Below the pieces are notes generated by a model. That model saw only the letters and a program-made list of their open reading frames with translations. It searched no databases and was not told the DNA's origin. Both the position numbers and the translations under genes were made by a program. This document shows, one piece after another, positions 26,410-37,700 of a stretch of 64,000 nucleotides of DNA (position 1 is the first letter of the stretch; each line of letters begins with the position of its first letter). The DNA comes from Octopus sinensis (taxonomy: Eukaryota), in assembly GCF_006345805.1 (NCBI RefSeq), contig NC_043001.1, positions 43,400,001 to 43,464,000 on the forward strand. Direction: 5' to 3'.

Positions 26410-27350
26410 TTGGCTTCAGCCACAACCTCCAGATGACTTCAGAATCTCATGCAACTCTTCAGGATGGTCTCCTTGTACCCTTTCGTTACCAACCCGGCCA
26501 AAACCGGGTCTGGCTCTGAGGTACAAATGTCTTGTTTTCATGAGTTTTGAATTAAAATCTTCCACCAAACCTTAATCATAGTTTATGTTCTTAACATTAG
26601 CTGAATGATAACTGAGTTATTTTACTCAATTCTTTGTTATATTTAAATTAATTGAAAGAAACACAGAGCATCTCAAAATAAATACAGTAACGAAAGGGTT
26701 AAGTTGGTGAATGCTTCCATAATCCTTGCCTTCAGTCCATCTTTGGTGTCACAAGGAATTTTGTTGGCCTCTCACTCAACTGTACCCCACACATAATAAT
26801 CAAGGGGGTTGCAATCTGGGGAGTTAGTTGGCCAAATGTGGTTGCAGAAATTGTCTGACAGTCATGACTGAGTTCTCCTGCTTGTATGGCATGGTGCAGG
26901 GTCCTGTTGCCAGACATAGGGTCTTCCAGCAGCCATCTTCTTGACCCAGGGCAGCACTACTTCCTCCAGGCACTTGATGTAGGCCTCTGTGTTGAGTCTG
27001 AGGCCATGTGGGAAGATGAATGGAGGCATAACGTCACCATCACTAGTGATCACTTCAAATACCATGCTGTTGACTGGATGTTTGATTTTTACCACCCTTG
27101 GTACATATTTTGGGAAGATGGTAAGCCATCGATTGTTCCGTTTGTATTGGAGCTTCTGGCATGAATGCCAAGCAGTACATGTCATTTCCAAATTTCTGGC
27201 AGAGAGAATTGTGTCATAGTGCTGTTTTTCTCAGAGATGGTTCTCAACTGACCCTCCTAAACTGTTTAGTTGATAAAATCAAGAACGAACAATGTGAATG
27301 CATGAAATTAAAAATATAAAATAGTGACAATTTACCCATCGCACCCTGTA
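26410..27350 (-). mobile_element. Tc1/mariner DD37D (maT-like) transposon relic, interrupted by a piggyBac MITE
   Basis: YVWQQDPAPCHTSRRTQS and WPTNSPDCNPLDYYVW motifs; TA-CAGGGTG terminus at about 27350. Confidence 0.8.
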
Positions 27351-27541
27351 CATATATGTTGGACTGCTGAACTCTACAATTTTTTTCACTCTCTCTCTGT
27401 TTATTCTCTCTAATTCCTTTCTGCCGAAGAGCCTAAACTCAAAACGTAAAAGACTTTTTCCTTTTTCCTGGGCGTCGAACTAATACACTTGCTTGTTGTT
27501 CATACACCAGTCTTCATCTTGTGTTTTTCTATAAATTTCAA

Positions 27542-27576
<35 letters not shown>

Positions 27577-27903
27577 GATATATAAACTGAGAATATATGT
27601 GTGTGTGTCTCTCTCTGTCTTCTGTCTGTATGCGTGAATCACTGAAACTTGAGAACTACCCAACCGATTTCATTCAAATTTTACACATGCCTTACTTATG
27701 ATCCATGCAGTGTCATAGCCTAAAAGTTTTTTCAATCTCTTATGTCTTACACTGTTTCTGTATTACGTGTCAAAAGTGAAATAATAATGTCTTTATTAAT
27801 ACTTTCACTATTATATGGTTTCAATTTCAATTACTTTTATTATGTAGCTTTATATATTAGTTTCATTTCTATTACTTTCAATATGTATTTATAAACATGT
27901 TTG

Positions 27904-27935
<32 letters not shown>

Positions 27936-28018
27936 TGTATGTATGTATGTATGTATGTATGTATGTATGTATGATTGTATGTATGTATGTATGATTGTAT
28001 GAATGTATGTATGTATGT

Positions 28019-28810
28019 CCTTCCACTTAATGCCATTAAGTGGAAGGACCGCATCAGTGATCTTGAAATACTCTTGGTGTGAAAGTATAGAAGCTCTTGT
28101 GTTAAAGCAAAGGCTCAGATGGAGTGGTCATCTGGTCAGAATGAAGGATTCAAGGATGCCAAAACAACTCTTTTATGGAGAGTTAGCTAAAGGAGAACGA
28201 CCTCCACATAAACCAAAAAAGAGGTATAAGGACTTGCTGAAGGCTTCCTTAAGAGATGCTTGCATCTCTCCTGACACATGGGAAGGCATAGCTATTGATC
28301 GTAGCAGGTGGAGAAGGATTGTGCATGAGGGGACAGTCACGTTTGAGAAATCTCGAGTTGCACATGAGAAAGTAAGGAGAGATGTCAGGAAGGGCATCAC
28401 TGTTACACTTCCAGAAGGGAAGGGTCTTCCTTTGATTCTGACATGCAATATCTGTGCAAGACCCTGCCTCAGTAAAGCTGGACTCACGAGTCATCTTTGT
28501 AGTCATAAAACGAGACAGATGAGTGACAACCTGGCCACTGGTGGTGGTGTAACACACCATACTAATCATATCTGTCGGGCATGTGGAAGAGAGTGTAATT
28601 TGGCAGGAGGACTTAAACGACATGCAAAGGTACATGAAGCCTGGTTACAACTACAGCTGGCTATTACCAGTAAAGGTTTTAGTTGCCAATTTTGTACAAG
28701 ACATTGTAGATCTTTAGCTGGGCTAAAAAGTCACATTCGATCACAGCATCAGTAACAGTTAAGCTTCATGCAATGGCCATACTCGATAACGAGGGGGCAG
28801 CCATAATAAT
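28019..28810 (+). mobile_element. RTE (BovB-like) LINE 3' end with open frame and three C2H2 zinc fingers
   Basis: RLRWSGHLVRM.DSRMPKQLFYGEL..G.R....PKKRYKD RTE motif; three CxxC..H..H fingers; short 3' UTR and (ATA)n tail; sits in (TATG)n. Confidence 0.85.
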
Positions 28811-28960
28811 GTATGTATGTATGTATAAGGAAAATAAGTCAAGGTAGAAAATGCTAAAATAATTTTATCATAAAAAACATTTTAGTACCAGTTTCAATCA
28901 TTTTCTAACTTGATTTATTTTCCTTATACATATCAACTTGTGTGTTCCTTTTAAACCTTC

Positions 28961-28999
<39 letters not shown>

Positions 29000-29064
29000 C
29001 AGAGTAAGCACATAAATGTGGAACAAGGTGGAAATAAGAGTACTCAAATACCAGAGGTAGAGTA

Positions 29065-29272
29065 ATATACTTTATTTAAAAGCAACAGAAATATAACAAA
29101 AGCTGTTACTTAGAGCTTCACATTCCCGTTCGTCGGACAGTTTTGTTAAAATAGAACAGAAATAACAATTGTTATTTCTGTTCTATTTTAACAAAACTGT
29201 CCGACGAACGGGAGTGTGAAGCCCTAAGTAACAGCTTTTGTTATATTTCTGCTGCTTTTAAATAAAGTATAT
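29065..29272. repeat. Spacer-less palindrome with 104-bp arms
   Basis: Centre ACAA|TTGT at 29168/29169; three mismatches. Confidence 0.9.
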
Positions 29273-29956
29273 ATATGTGTGTGTGTGTGTGTGCGCGTGT
29301 GTGCATGTGTGTGTGTGTGCGCGTGTATGTGTGTGTGTATATGTATGTATATATATATGTGTATATATATGTGTGTATACATATATATATATATATATGT
29401 ATGTCTATGTATGTATGTATATGTATGTATATTTATGTATATATATATATGTATGTATATGTGTATATATATGTATATGTATGCATATATACGTATATAT
29501 ACATATATGGATGTGTATATATATATATGTATATACATACAAACATACACACACACACACACACACATATATATATGTATATATGTGTATATATATATAT
29601 ATCATCATCATCATCATCATCATCGTTTAACGTCCGTTTTCCATGCTAGCATGGGTTGGACAGTTCAACTGGGATCTGGGAAGCCAGTAGGCTGGCCAGG
29701 CCCAGTCTGATCTGGCAGTGTTTCTACAGCTGAATGCCCTTCCTAACGCCAATCACTCCGTGAGTGTAGTGGATGCTTTTTACGTGCCACCTGCACAGGT
29801 GCCAGATGAGGCTGGCAAACGGCCACAATCGGATAGTGCTTTTTACGTGCCACCGGCATGGAGGCCAGTCGAGGCGGCGCTGGCAACGGCCACGTTCGGA
29901 TGATTCTCTTATGTGCCACCGGCACTGGTATCACAGCTACAATTTCCATTGATATA

Positions 29957-29994
<38 letters not shown>

Positions 29995-29995
29995 A

Positions 29996-30063
<68 letters not shown>

Positions 30064-30480
30064 GTATATATACATATATATGTGTGTGTAGAAAGAAGGC
30101 TGTTATATATGTGTATATATATGTGTGTGTGTGTGTGTGTATCTGTGTTTGTACCTCCACCATTGCTTGACAACCAATGTTGCTGTGTTTTTGTTCCCTT
30201 AACTTAGCAGTTCAGCAAAAGACACTGATAGAATAAGTACTAGCCTTACAAAGAATGAATCATGTAGGCGATCTTTTGACCAAAGGCGGTGCTCCAGTGT
30301 GGCTGCAGTCACATGACTGAAACAAGAAAAAACAATAAAAAAACTATGCTATTTTAAATCCTGAGCAAGGCCAGGTATCTCTGCTAGTTTTGCTGAAGTC
30401 ATTTCCTTGTGTCTCTGAATTTCACTTGTGGGTGCAGAGGTTCTTCAGACAAATTATGACTATATATATATATGTGTGTA

Positions 30481-30535
<55 letters not shown>

Positions 30536-30943
30536 TCTTTTACTGGTTTCAGTCATTTGACTGTGGTCATGCTGGAGCACCAGCTTTAGTTGAGCAAATC
30601 GACCCCAGGACTTATTCTTTGTAAACCTAGTACTTATTCTATCGGTCTCTTTTGCCAAACTACCAAGTTAAGGGTATGTAAACACACCAGCATTGGTTGT
30701 CAAGGGATGTTGGGGAGACAAACACAGACACACAAACATATACACATACATATATATACATATATACGACAGGCTTCTTTCAGTTTCTGTCTACCAAATC
30801 CACTCACAAGGCTTTGGTTGGCCCGAGGCTATAGTAGAAGACACTTGCCCAAGGTGCCATCAAGGTGCCCCGCAGTGGGACTGAACCTAGAACCATGTGG
30901 TTCGTAAGCAAGCTACATTATATATAATATATATATATAAATG

Positions 30944-31031
<88 letters not shown>

Positions 31032-31146
31032 GTGTACGTACATACATACATACATACATACATACATACATACATGCATGCATGCATGCATGCGTGCGTG
31101 CGTGCGTGCGTACGTACATACATACGTACATACATACATACGTACA

Positions 31147-31182
<36 letters not shown>

Positions 31183-31905
31183 CATACATATATAATTTTT
31201 TAGTGCCAGCACATTTATAATGTTGTAACAGGAATGGTGACTTCTGGAAATTTGCAAGACAAGATTTGCCACTTTAAAATCTATACAAATATGCAACATT
31301 CTGTTTATAGTAATGTCATTCTCACCCGCTTTGCAAAATAAATTGGGCCAATGACAGATTTAAGATGAAAGCAAATAATTCATGTAAATTCCCTTTTCCC
31401 AAATCCAGTGAAATAAGGTTAAAATCAATTGGTAGTGGTGTGAATGTGTAGCATGGGCAAAAGGTTGGAGGTATTGTGTATACACACACACACACACCAC
31501 CACCACACCACCACCACCACCACCCACCACCACCACCACCACCACCACCACCATCACCACCACCACCACCACCACCACCACCACCACAACAACAACACAC
31601 TCACACAAGCACATGCACACACCACATACATACACACATGCACGCATGCTTGTTTGCGTACACACCCACAATGTGATTTCACTCGTGCAGGTATAATAAA
31701 AGAAGCATGCAGTACACATTAAAGATATGAGAATGAGCATCTAGCTATAGAAACAATGCCACCATGCCAAATCAAGCATTGGAGCTTGCCACAGTCTTCC
31801 AGCACAGATCTGATAGCATGGAAGACAGATTTTAAATGATGATGATTATGATGATGATAATGATGATATATGTCTGTCTGTCTATCTACACATACACATA
31901 TAATA

Positions 31906-31937
<32 letters not shown>

Positions 31938-32153
31938 GTACTTCGTAAACACCAGTCGCGCTTTTTTTTTCCCTCTGTTCGCCCACATCGGGATCTTTCC
32001 TTCTTTCTTCTTTCTTCCTTCTTTTATGTTTCCGACGAAGAGCTCCGCTCGAAACGTCATACCCTCCTTCTTCCATTTTCCTGAGCGCCTAATAATAATA
32101 ATACTGTAATTGTTCCACGTGTTGTTGTTTTTTCTGTTTTCCTGTTTGGATTA

Positions 32154-32194
<41 letters not shown>

Positions 32195-32417
32195 GTATAT
32201 GTATATATATATAGGGAGAGTTTATGAAAAAAACAAAAGACGAAGACAGGTGGTGTACAAAACAAACATGTATTAGTATAACGCTCAGGAATAGAAAAAG
32301 TCTTTTATGTTTTGAGCCTACGCTCTTTTACAGAAAGGGACACAGAAAAAGCAAGGAGAGAAAGAAAAGGAGAGAAAAAAATGTGTGTAATGGCTAACGA
32401 TATGTATGTGTGTGTGT

Positions 32418-32476
<59 letters not shown>

Positions 32477-32477
32477 T

Positions 32478-32520
<43 letters not shown>
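29268..32520. repeat. Microsatellite-dense zone: (TA)n, (TG)n, (TACA)n, (CAC)n; similar tracts at 1022-1215, 14406-14560, 19499-19572, 24100-24352, 27900-28018, 41842-41940
   Basis: Direct inspection. Confidence 0.95.
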
Positions 32521-32521
<1 letters not shown>

Positions 32522-32902
32522 TATGAGACACTCTGAGTGATTTCTGTAATTATGACAGATTAGATTTACTGTCACAGAATATCTGCATTTGATATAATCT
32601 TTTTCATGTGATTTCAGGTAAACTATTTATAGTAAACTATTTATAGTTTATTTGTTTTTTGTAAGGTCAGTTGATCAGATATATTTTTTTCACTTTTCTC
32701 ATTGGTATATCTAGTAATGCAATCAGTATTGGTACTGTTCCATATGGGGTATGCAACAGTGTCATCTAACTCAAATGAAAATGCTGGGATAATCTCTGGA
32801 AAATGGTGGTAAATGCTAGAATGCTGGGAAAATTTAGCAAAGAAATAAGCATAAATTTACAATACATGTTTTATAGTTTTTAGCTATTTTTGAGTAGGTT
32901 TG

Positions 32903-33415
32903 TCATCATCATCGTTTAATGTCCGCTTTCCATGCTAGCATGGGTTGGACGATTTTGACTGAGGGCTGGCGAACCAGATGGCTGCACCAGGCTCCAATCT
33001 TGATCTGGCAGAGTTTCTACAGCTGGATGCCCTTCCTAACGTCAACCACTCTGAGAGTGTAGTGGGTGCTTTTTACATGCCACCGGCACGGGGCCAGTCA
33101 GGCGGCACTGGCAATGACCTCACTCGAATCTTTTTACATGTGCCACCGGCACAGGTGCCAGTGAAGCGACGTTGGTAATGATCATGCTCGAATGGTGCTC
33201 TTTTATGTGCCATGGGTACAGAAGCCAGTTGGCTGCTCTGGCAACGATCATGCTCAGATGGTGCTCTTGGCACCCTACTAGCACAGGCATAAGTGCCAGT
33301 AAGGCGACGCTGGTAACGATCATACTCGAATAGCCACTCTGTCAACGATCACACTCGTATGGTGCTCTTTGCACCCCGCTAGCATGGATACCAGTCATCA
33401 AATTGATTTTGATTT
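32903..33415. mobile_element. (CAT)n-ended RTE-associated short retroelement with internal 40-60-bp sub-repeats; other copies 29602-29950, 50121-50650, 57940-58150, 11170-11350
   Basis: Shared CATCATCGTTTAA(C/T)GTCCG.TTTCCATGCT.GCATGGGTTGGAC end and GGATGCCCTTCCTAACG core. Confidence 0.7.
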
Positions 33416-33704
33416 TGAATATTTATATTTGTGTATAATAGATATTTCCCAACTGATCTTTAAGCTTTAAAATTAAGAGTGTGCATTATGCATGAACACT
33501 AACTTGGTGTAAAAATAATTGTGGATTTTGAGATATGTACATGTGTGTGTATGTGTGTGTGTGAGTGTGTGTGTGTGCATGTGTGTGTGTGCATGTATAA
33601 CTAAACAAATACAACTATTTTAGCACCAGCATACATATTGTATTATATACGACATACTTTTTCTGAGATTTCTTAGCTCAAGTGAATACACCATATACAT
33701 ATAC

Positions 33705-33945
33705 GTGGGAGCAGGGACAGCCGAGGAGGGACGGATTCGGTCAGCGGAGCAGAAACGTCAGATGCGTAAAGCCAGAGCCACCTGCACCAGTAGCACGGCC
33801 CCTACCCACTTCTGCCCCACCTGTGGGAGGGTCTTCCTTGCCCGGATTGGCCTCACCAGCCACCTCAGGTCTCATGGCGGCGGCTCCATCAGATGATGTC
33901 AGTTGGTCATCTTCGAACCGAAGGACGAACATTATTATTAACATT
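33705..33945 (+). mobile_element. RTE (BovB-like) LINE extreme 3' end
   Basis: AEQKRQMRKARA..CPTCGRVFLARIGLTSHLRSH; GC-rich; (ATT)n tail. Confidence 0.8.
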
Positions 33946-34379
33946 ATTATGTAAATATTATACATGAATAAATATAATTTTCATATCCATTTATGAGTTT
34001 ACTCACATCAATTGTTGTCAAAGTAGGACGTACAGGTGTTGCACATACATAATGAACAGAATAACTTTATTCATTTACTTACATCACACCTTTAACATCA
34101 CTTAACATTTACAAGTAAATACTCAATTAATGAATATTGTATTCCTTAGAAATTCCTTCACAGCTAAAGCTTTACTTTTATAACAGTATTTATGTAAAAA
34201 GAAAAAACTATTTGCAAAAGTTTCATTTATTTGACTCTGATTTTTTTCCATTATAGGATAATCTGTAAATTGTCGATTTGGTTATAATCTCAAAGAATTT
34301 GTGTACAACTAAAATGACTTTCATCATTTTTTACATCATCTTTTGTCCAGAACATTTTGTTTAAAATGATATCTAATTT

Positions 34380-34700
34380 CATAAATTTACTCAAGAAAAG
34401 AATGTATCTGTCTAGGAGGTCTTCTCTTTGCTAAGTTGGAATTGTGGTAAGATGGTTGAACAGCCTCATAGAATATAGGATTTGAAAGAACTGCTTTAGG
34501 AACAAATAAACCTGAGAGACTTATTAAAGAGTATGAAAAATCTCTACAGAGCATTGAAAGTAGATGAATCCTATTAAATGCCATTTCTAAATGTAACCAT
34601 CATGTTGATACGGTCCTCAAAATTTCTCTGTGCTCAGTAGCAAAAACAGCAACAAACCTTTTGAACTCACACTTTTGCTTTGTACTTTTATTGAAAAAAT
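34380..34700 (-). mobile_element. Possible hAT transposase relic next to the Gypsy insertion
   Basis: Reverse frame EHREILRTVST*WLHLEMAFNRI resembles the hAT TRWLS region; heavily decayed. Confidence 0.4.
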
Positions 34701-34710
34701 AAATCATCAA

Positions 34711-37700
34711 TGTTAAAGTTTACTAGGTTGAAACCATATGCTTCTCTAAATATGGTTGAAGTAAAGGAAACATTATTACATACCACATGACAAAACAATA
34801 TAAGTAGCAGCGCGTTTGACTGAGAACAAGAGATGAGAAATCAAAGAAAGTTGAAAGGTGTTGTTTATGAGTTCATGTGGTGTCAGGAAATTAATGAGAA
34901 ATTGTTATAGTTCTTTGGAAGTTGTTTTGGATTGGTTACAGTTGTTGGAAGAGTATTTGGGAATATATCAAGTGGATTGTATATTACACTGTTATTAGTG
35001 CATGGTACTAAGGTGACACATACAGAAACCACATTATAAAAGTGGCGACAAGTGATTTGAAGCTTATGTTGGTCATTAATAATTTTTTCATTTATGGAAG
35101 ACCTATTAGTGGACATATTACAGTTGTAAAAGGAACAGTAATGGCAGCAACAGGAGTTGCACCAACTACAACACAGTCAGTTGCTGAAACTGATGTTGAA
35201 GTCAGGAAACACTGCAAGTTTGTTTTTGCCAGACAGCGTAGTGAGTGCTATAACTCAATTTAGTTATAACCCAGAGGAGGTTATAACTTTTTTGGCATAC
35301 TTCAGAAGATATGAAGAAATTTTCAAGGAAGAATGCAAGTGTTGAACAGATGATGAAAATGTGAGACTACTATCATGGAAATTAGGTCCTTTAGAACATG
35401 AAAAATACTGCAATTTTATCTTACCAGAAAAAAAAAAACAAGTGAAATTTGTTTCAAGGAAACAATTGAATTGCTATCTAAAATGTTCAGCAATAAGAGT
35501 TCCCTGTTTAACACTTGCTGGGAGTGTTTCAGCCTTGTAAAAGAAGAGGATAAAGATTTTGTCAGTTATGCTGGAATTGTAAGTAAAATGTATGTAAAAT
35601 TTAAACTGAAGGAATTATCTGAGGACATGTTTAAATGCCATGCCTTTGTGCAAGAATTGATGGCAAACAAAGATGCAAAATACATACACAGATTCTTACA
35701 ATCCTAGAACAGAAGCACCAGAATTTAACCCTGCAGGCAGTAGCAGAGGGATGTAAAAGAATGATCAATTTGTGACAGGATGTAAAGAAAACTGAAGAAA
35801 AACTTTCTGTCAAGCACAGATATGTCAACCAGAAATAAATAAAGATAAAAGAATGTTATAACCAAATCCATGCTATGGGGGTGGAGGTCTGCATTTTAAG
35901 AAAGATTGTCCATTTAAAACTCGGATATGTTTTAGTTGTTAAAAAATAGGACATAAAAGCTCACACTAAATAGTGAAACAAAAGAGGTCGGAAAAAAATT
36001 CTAAAAACGTTTGCTCAACAGAAAGTTGTGATGACACTGCAAAAAGAAAGTATGTGTATGTATAAATAAATAACATGAATGTGAGACTATAACTAGATAC
36101 AGGTAGTGAGAATTCAATTATTGATACCGACACGTGGAAGAAAATTGGGAAACCTACATTAAAGAAAACATTGAAAAGTGCACGAGGCGTCACAGGTGAA
36201 AGATTACACTTCTTAGGTGAAATGATAAAGTGACATTATATATTGTGGTAAAATCTGTAAAGCAAAAGTGCTTGTGTTAAAAAATGCAACAAACTTGTTT
36301 GGTTTATGGGACCTCCCCACAAATCTATTCTGTAAAATCATAAATGATTGTTCCTCCAGTAAGAATAAGGCATCAGATGAATTGAAGAAAAAATTAAAAA
36401 TGCTTTTCTAGTTTGTGTACTAAGACTGAGGCATGTTTCCAAATTAAAGAAAACACAATACCAGTGTTCAAATCATAAAGCCCTAGCTGTGATAAAACAT
36501 GTTGAGGAAGAATTAGACAGATTAGAGAAAATTGGAGTCATCCAAAAATGGCAAATGCAAAATGGGCAGCTCCAATGGTGTGCATTAAAAAAAGAATAAC
36601 AAAATCAGGGTGTGTACTGACTTTTCCACTGGCTTGAATGAATATCTGAAAACATGTCACTATCTGCTACCTACTCCGGAGAATATTTTTGCAGAGTTAA
36701 ACAGGGGTAAGATATTTTCTAAATTGGACCTCTCCGATGTGTACTTACAAATTAGAGTAGACGAAGAATACTTAAAATATCTAACAGTGAAATACCCATA
36801 AAAGACTATATAAATATAACAGATTACCATTTGGTCTACAGGTTGCATCTGCAATTTTTCAACAGGTTATGGATGCAATGTTAGCAGATTGTGAATTCAC
36901 AATTCCATACCTGAATGATATATTAATTAAAAGTGAATCTCATGATCAGCATGTCAAACATGTAAAATGTGTTTTTCAAAAAATAAGGGATTACAGTTTC
37001 ACATTGAGTGAGGAAAAATGTGAATTTTTCTTACTTAAAATTAAGTATTTAGGACAAATTATCGACATGAATAGATGACGACTGGACCCATTGAGGGCAA
37101 ACCCAATTAAAAATATGCCTCCAACTAGTATAATGACCTTACAAGCTTTTCTAGGTCTAGCGAATTATTACCAAAATTATATACCAAATATGCATGAACT
37201 GAAAGCTCCACTAAATAATTTGCTAGAAAAGGATGTAAAGTAGAATTGGTCAAATAATTGTCAAAAGGCATTTGATGATATTAAAAAAAAATATTAATAT
37301 CAGATTTGGCACTGGTTCATTTCGACCCTGCAGTGGTGATTGTTGTTGCTTCTGACGCTCCTGACTGAATACGGCATAGGAATAGTAATGCTACACAAAT
37401 ATAAAGATGGTAATATGAAGGCGGTGGTTCATGCCTCACTTTCTCTGATAGCTGTAGAAAAAAAAACTATAGTCAAATAAAGAAAGAAGCTCTTGCAATC
37501 GTTTTTGCTGTGAAGAAATTTCACAGATTTTTGCATGGTAGAAGTTTTCGGCTACAAACTGATCACTGACCATTATCATCAATTTTGGGGTCAAAAAAGG
37601 AATTCCTACCCTTACTGCAAATGGGTTTCATTCAATGCAAATGGGTTTCTTACGACTTTAAGATGGAGTATATACCTTCCAAGAGGTTAGACCTTGTGGA

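Larger units (their letters stand above)
27575..30387 (+). mobile_element. Non-autonomous Helitron split by nested insertions
   Basis: Helitron-like 5' part at about 27575-27890; 3' hairpin CCTGAGCAAGGCCAGG and CTAG|T at 30360-30387. Linking the two ends is inferred. Confidence 0.5.

Noticed and set aside
28003-28755. Host C2H2 zinc-finger gene
   Set aside because: Carries RTE ORF2 C-terminal motifs and a LINE tail, and its ATG comes from the (TATG)n tract.
31030-31190. Graded (TACA)n-(TGCA)n-(TGCG)n-(TACA)n pattern
   Set aside because: Explained by ordinary slippage and mutation in a compound microsatellite.
29224-32575. Many YI/VC/HT/poly-H/poly-P ORFs (also 912-1238, 24080-24434, 41685-42032, 63130-63411)
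   Set aside because: Translations of microsatellites that simply lack stop codons.
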